Below, piece by piece: positions 60,791 to 64,000 of a DNA stretch of 64,000 nt. Numbering within the stretch: position 1 is the first letter of the stretch; each line of letters begins with the position of its first letter. Under the pieces are notes generated by a model that did no database searches, was not told where the DNA came from, and saw only the letters and a program-made list of their open reading frames with translations. Made by a program: the position numbers and the translations under genes. This DNA comes from Macrostomum hystrix (taxonomy: Eukaryota; Animalia; Platyhelminthes), in NCBI GenBank assembly GCA_950097015.1, contig CATNEN010000038.1, positions 12,648,001 through 12,712,000 of the forward strand, written 5' to 3'.

Positions 60791-61805
60791 ATGATGCGAT
60801 TTGCACTGATCATTGTGCTGGCGTACACGTGTACCGCCACCTGCCACGGCTGGGGTAAGCAAGCATGCTAGTACTGAATGGATATTTGCTCATTTATCAT
60901 CCGAGCTAATTTCTACTGTGGGTTAATAAATAATAAATTGCAGATTTAACTGGAAAGGATCGCTCGTCCATCAGGTGAGCGACTGCGTCACACTGATTGG
61001 TCAGGTAGCTACAGTAATGGGTCAAGTATCCGAACTAATAGGTCAAGTATTTAAACGAATGGGTCAAGTATCTAAAGTTCTAAACGAATCGGTAAAGTGT
61101 CTAAACGAATCGGTAAAGTGTCTAAACGAATCGGTAAAGTGTCTAAACGAATCGGTAAAGTGTCTAAACGAATCGGTAAAGTGTCTAAACGAATCGGTAA
61201 AGTGTCTAAACGAATCGGTAAAGTGTCTAAACGAATCGGTAAAGTGTCTAAACGAATCGGTAAAGTGTCTAAACGAATCGGTAAAGTGTCTAAACGAATC
61301 GGTAAAGTGTCTAAACGAATCGGTAAAGTGTCTAAACGAATCGGTAAAGTGTCTAAACGAATCGGTAAAGTGTCTAAACGAATCGGTAAAGTGTCTAAAC
61401 GAATCGGTAAAGTGTCTAAACGAATCGGTAAAGTGTCTAAACGAATCGGTAAAGTGTCTAAACGAATCGGTAAAGTGTCTAAACAAATGGTTCACTAACT
61501 TAGCAATAAAACCCAAACAATTTTCGTCCAGCGTGAAGTGTGAAATCGAGCGCGCCTGTGGCAGCCCCAGCTGTCGCAGTATGCGCCGATTTTACCTGTG
61601 CCAAACCAGTTGCGAGGTGTGCGAGGTGTGCCGATTCCACCGGGACTTGCTCTACAGAGCCAGCGATGGCACCATTCGCCGCAGTGTGTACACAGGTCAG
61701 GTGCTGTCAAAGCACTGCAAGAACTGTCGTGACTATTGCATTGACACCGCTAGCAACGGCAACTGCGCTAATCGTGATTGGTGCAAAAGTTTCAAGCTTC
61801 ACTGA
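60791..61805 (+). CDS. Secreted cysteine-rich protein B (122 aa), tandem paralogue of A
   Basis: Exons 60791-60854, 60944-60974, 61532-61805 give MMRFALIIVLAYTCTATCHG-WDLTGKDRSSISVKCEIERAC...WCKSFKLH. Confidence 0.88.
61079..61486. repeat. Perfect 21-bp minisatellite in gene B intron 2
   Basis: TCTAAACGAATCGGTAAAGTG, ~19 identical copies. Confidence 0.97.
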
Positions 61806-62295
61806 GGGCACAGATCTTCGTCTATGGCCCAATCGTCAAGTGTTGAGAGCCATGTTGAGAATCATTGAGCATAAGATCTAACTGAGACGGTAAATCGCAG
61901 AAATGTTTTAATTGGACGAGACAATTCACGCAGGGACTGTAATCTAAGACTTTACTCCACTCCAACGTACCGCGAAGCTCATTTTTTATCTACTTGCACT
62001 TTATTTTGAATTTTAGTTTTTTTTTGTTTTTGTTTCCTAGAATTTTTGTCAATCGCAAATCAAATGGAAATAAAATGATTGTGTGATTTGCTAACCAAAG
62101 CAGTAGCTATTAGCTCGTAAAATAAATCCCTCAATTTATTGTTTTTTGTCTTAACAGGTTTCATCAAAAAAGTACTTCAATGCAGTGTTTTAAAAAAAAA
62201 TTTATGGTCGAACTTTTGGGTTTATAGCAAAAATATGTTATCAATACCATTGAATCTAATTGGATAATTGAATTGGATAATATGGATAGTACTTC

Positions 62296-63145
62296 GATTT
62301 CTGCTAGGATTCCAGTGAGGATTTCTGCAAGGATTCCAGTGAGGATTTCTGCTAGGATTCTAGTAAGGATTTCTGCTAGGATTCCAGTAAGGATTTCTGC
62401 AAGGATTCCAGTGAGGATTTCTGCTAGGATTCTAGTAAGGATTTCTGCTAGGATTCCAGTAAGGATTTCTGCAAGGATTCCGATCCAGTAAGGATTTCTG
62501 CAAGGATTCCAGTGAGGATTTCTGCAAGGATTCCAGTGAGGATTTCTGCTAGGATTCCAGTGAGGATTTCTGCTAGGATTCCAGTGAGGATTTCTGCAAG
62601 GATTCCAGTGAGGATTTCTGCAAGGATTCCAGTGAGGATTTCTGCTAGGATTCCAATGAGGATTTCTGCAAGGATTCCAGTAAGGATTTCTGCAAGGATT
62701 CCAGTGAGGATTTCTGCTAGGATTCCAGTGAGGATTTCTGCTAGGATTCCAGTGAGGATTTCTGCAAGGATTCCAGTGAGGATTTCTGCAAGGATTCCAG
62801 TGAGGATTTCTGCAAGGATTCCAGTGAGGATTTCTGCTAGGATTCCAATGAGGATTTCTGCAAGGATTCCAGTAAGGATTTCTGCAAGGATTCCAGTGAG
62901 GATTTCTGCTAGGATTCCAGTGAGGATTTCTGCAAGGATTCCAGTGAGGATTTCTGCTAGGATTCCAGTGAGGCTTTCTGCTAGGATTCCAGTGAGGATT
63001 TCTGCAAGGATTCCAGTAAGGATTTCTGCAATGATTCCGATCCAGTAAGGATTTCTGCAAGGATTCCGATCCAGTAAGGATTTCTGCAAGGATTCCAGTA
63101 AAGATTTCTGCTAGGATTCCAGTAAGGATTTCTGCTAGGATTCCA
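62296..63145. repeat. 24-bp minisatellite downstream of gene B
   Basis: CTGC(T/A)AGGATTCCAGTGAGGATTT units. Confidence 0.95.
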
Positions 63146-63529
63146 CAAAATAACTAAACACAAGCCCAAGAGGATTGGCCATTTTTCATTGAACCAAAGG
63201 AGCCAATGGGAGTTTTCCTCACAGCATGCATTGATTTAATTCGCATATGCCTTTAGGACCCCCCAATTTGACAAGCTAGAATCCATGCATCTGATTCGGC
63301 CTTTGCGTTTCTGAGTAACTTATCAGATGGCCAGCTGAAGAATAAGTCCAGAATAATAAAACAATCAACTTTGTCACACCAGAACTAAATGGCTTGGATC
63401 AAGTGCTGCTGCGAGACTAAATTTCAAATCTTCATCGCCATCATCACATGCCTGGCTATGGCCATAACAATCTTCATCATCCTTGCCATGGGCGACGTGT
63501 TCAGGTCCTGGTGGTGACGTGGTCATGGT

Positions 63530-63980
63530 AATAGGCGATTTATCAATCAAAGCGGCGACTTATCAATCAAATCGGAAATTTGTCAATCAAAACGGCGATT
63601 CATCAATCAAATCGGCGACTTATAAATCAAACGGCGAAAATCAAATCGGCGATTTATCAACTATTTAGGCGACTCGTCGATTCCATCAGCGAATCATCGA
63701 TCAAACCGGCGACTTATGGATCAAATCGGTGACCATTGATCAAACTGGTGACTCATCGATCAAACTGGTGACTCATCGATCAAACTGGTGACTCATCGAT
63801 CAAACGGGCGACTCATCGATCAAACTGGTGACTCATCGATCAAACTGGTGACTCATTGATCAAACTGGTGACTCGTCGATCAAACTGGTGACTCATCGAT
63901 CAAACTGGTGACTTATCGATCACCAATTTACCAATCACATCGGCGATTTACCTATCAGATCGGCGATTAATCAATCGAGG
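63530..63980. repeat. 20-bp minisatellite with degenerate flanks
   Basis: ATCGATCAAACTGGTGACTC core at ~63720-63920. Confidence 0.9.
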
Positions 63981-64000
63981 ATTGCTTCGACGATTTAACA

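Noticed and set aside
60975-61805. 276-aa ORF with KCLNESV repeats
   Set aside because: It starts at the GT donor; the paralogue shows this region is intron 2 plus exon 3.
15790-63980. CRISPR-like arrays
   Set aside because: All arrays are head-to-tail repeats without unique spacers, there are no cas genes, and the context is eukaryotic.

Overview
Eukaryotic (animal) genomic DNA with GC-rich exons, AT-rich spliceosomal introns and a very high density of minisatellites. This style suggests a free-living flatworm such as Macrostomum, but that is inference only. The first ~6.5 kb is a transposon graveyard: hAT end, decayed Gypsy pol, tRNA/CORE-type SINE, non-autonomous Helitron with a nested hAT MITE. 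Genes reconstructed by hand from splice sites: SPSB/gustavus-like (+); an NR2E Hr83/NHR-239-like nuclear receptor (-) whose introns hold a 3.9-kb satellite, a P-element remnant and a nested antisense EF-hand gene; phospholipid scramblase (+, with a GC-AG intron); a two-domain CAP/GAPR-1-like gene (-); an intronless KH-like gene (-); EFCAB12 (-); a doubtful Cys-rich 7TM receptor (+); and a tandem pair of three-exon genes for unrecognised secreted 122-aa proteins with 12 Cys. The most notable observations are (1) that secreted-protein pair with near-mirror Cys spacing, (2) minisatellites that amplify 5' splice sites (in-frame, hairpin-associated donors in the scramblase; stop-protected donors in EFCAB12), and (3) a minisatellite apparently born from a SINE tRNA head. 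Most long ORFs in the supplied track are repeat artefacts.
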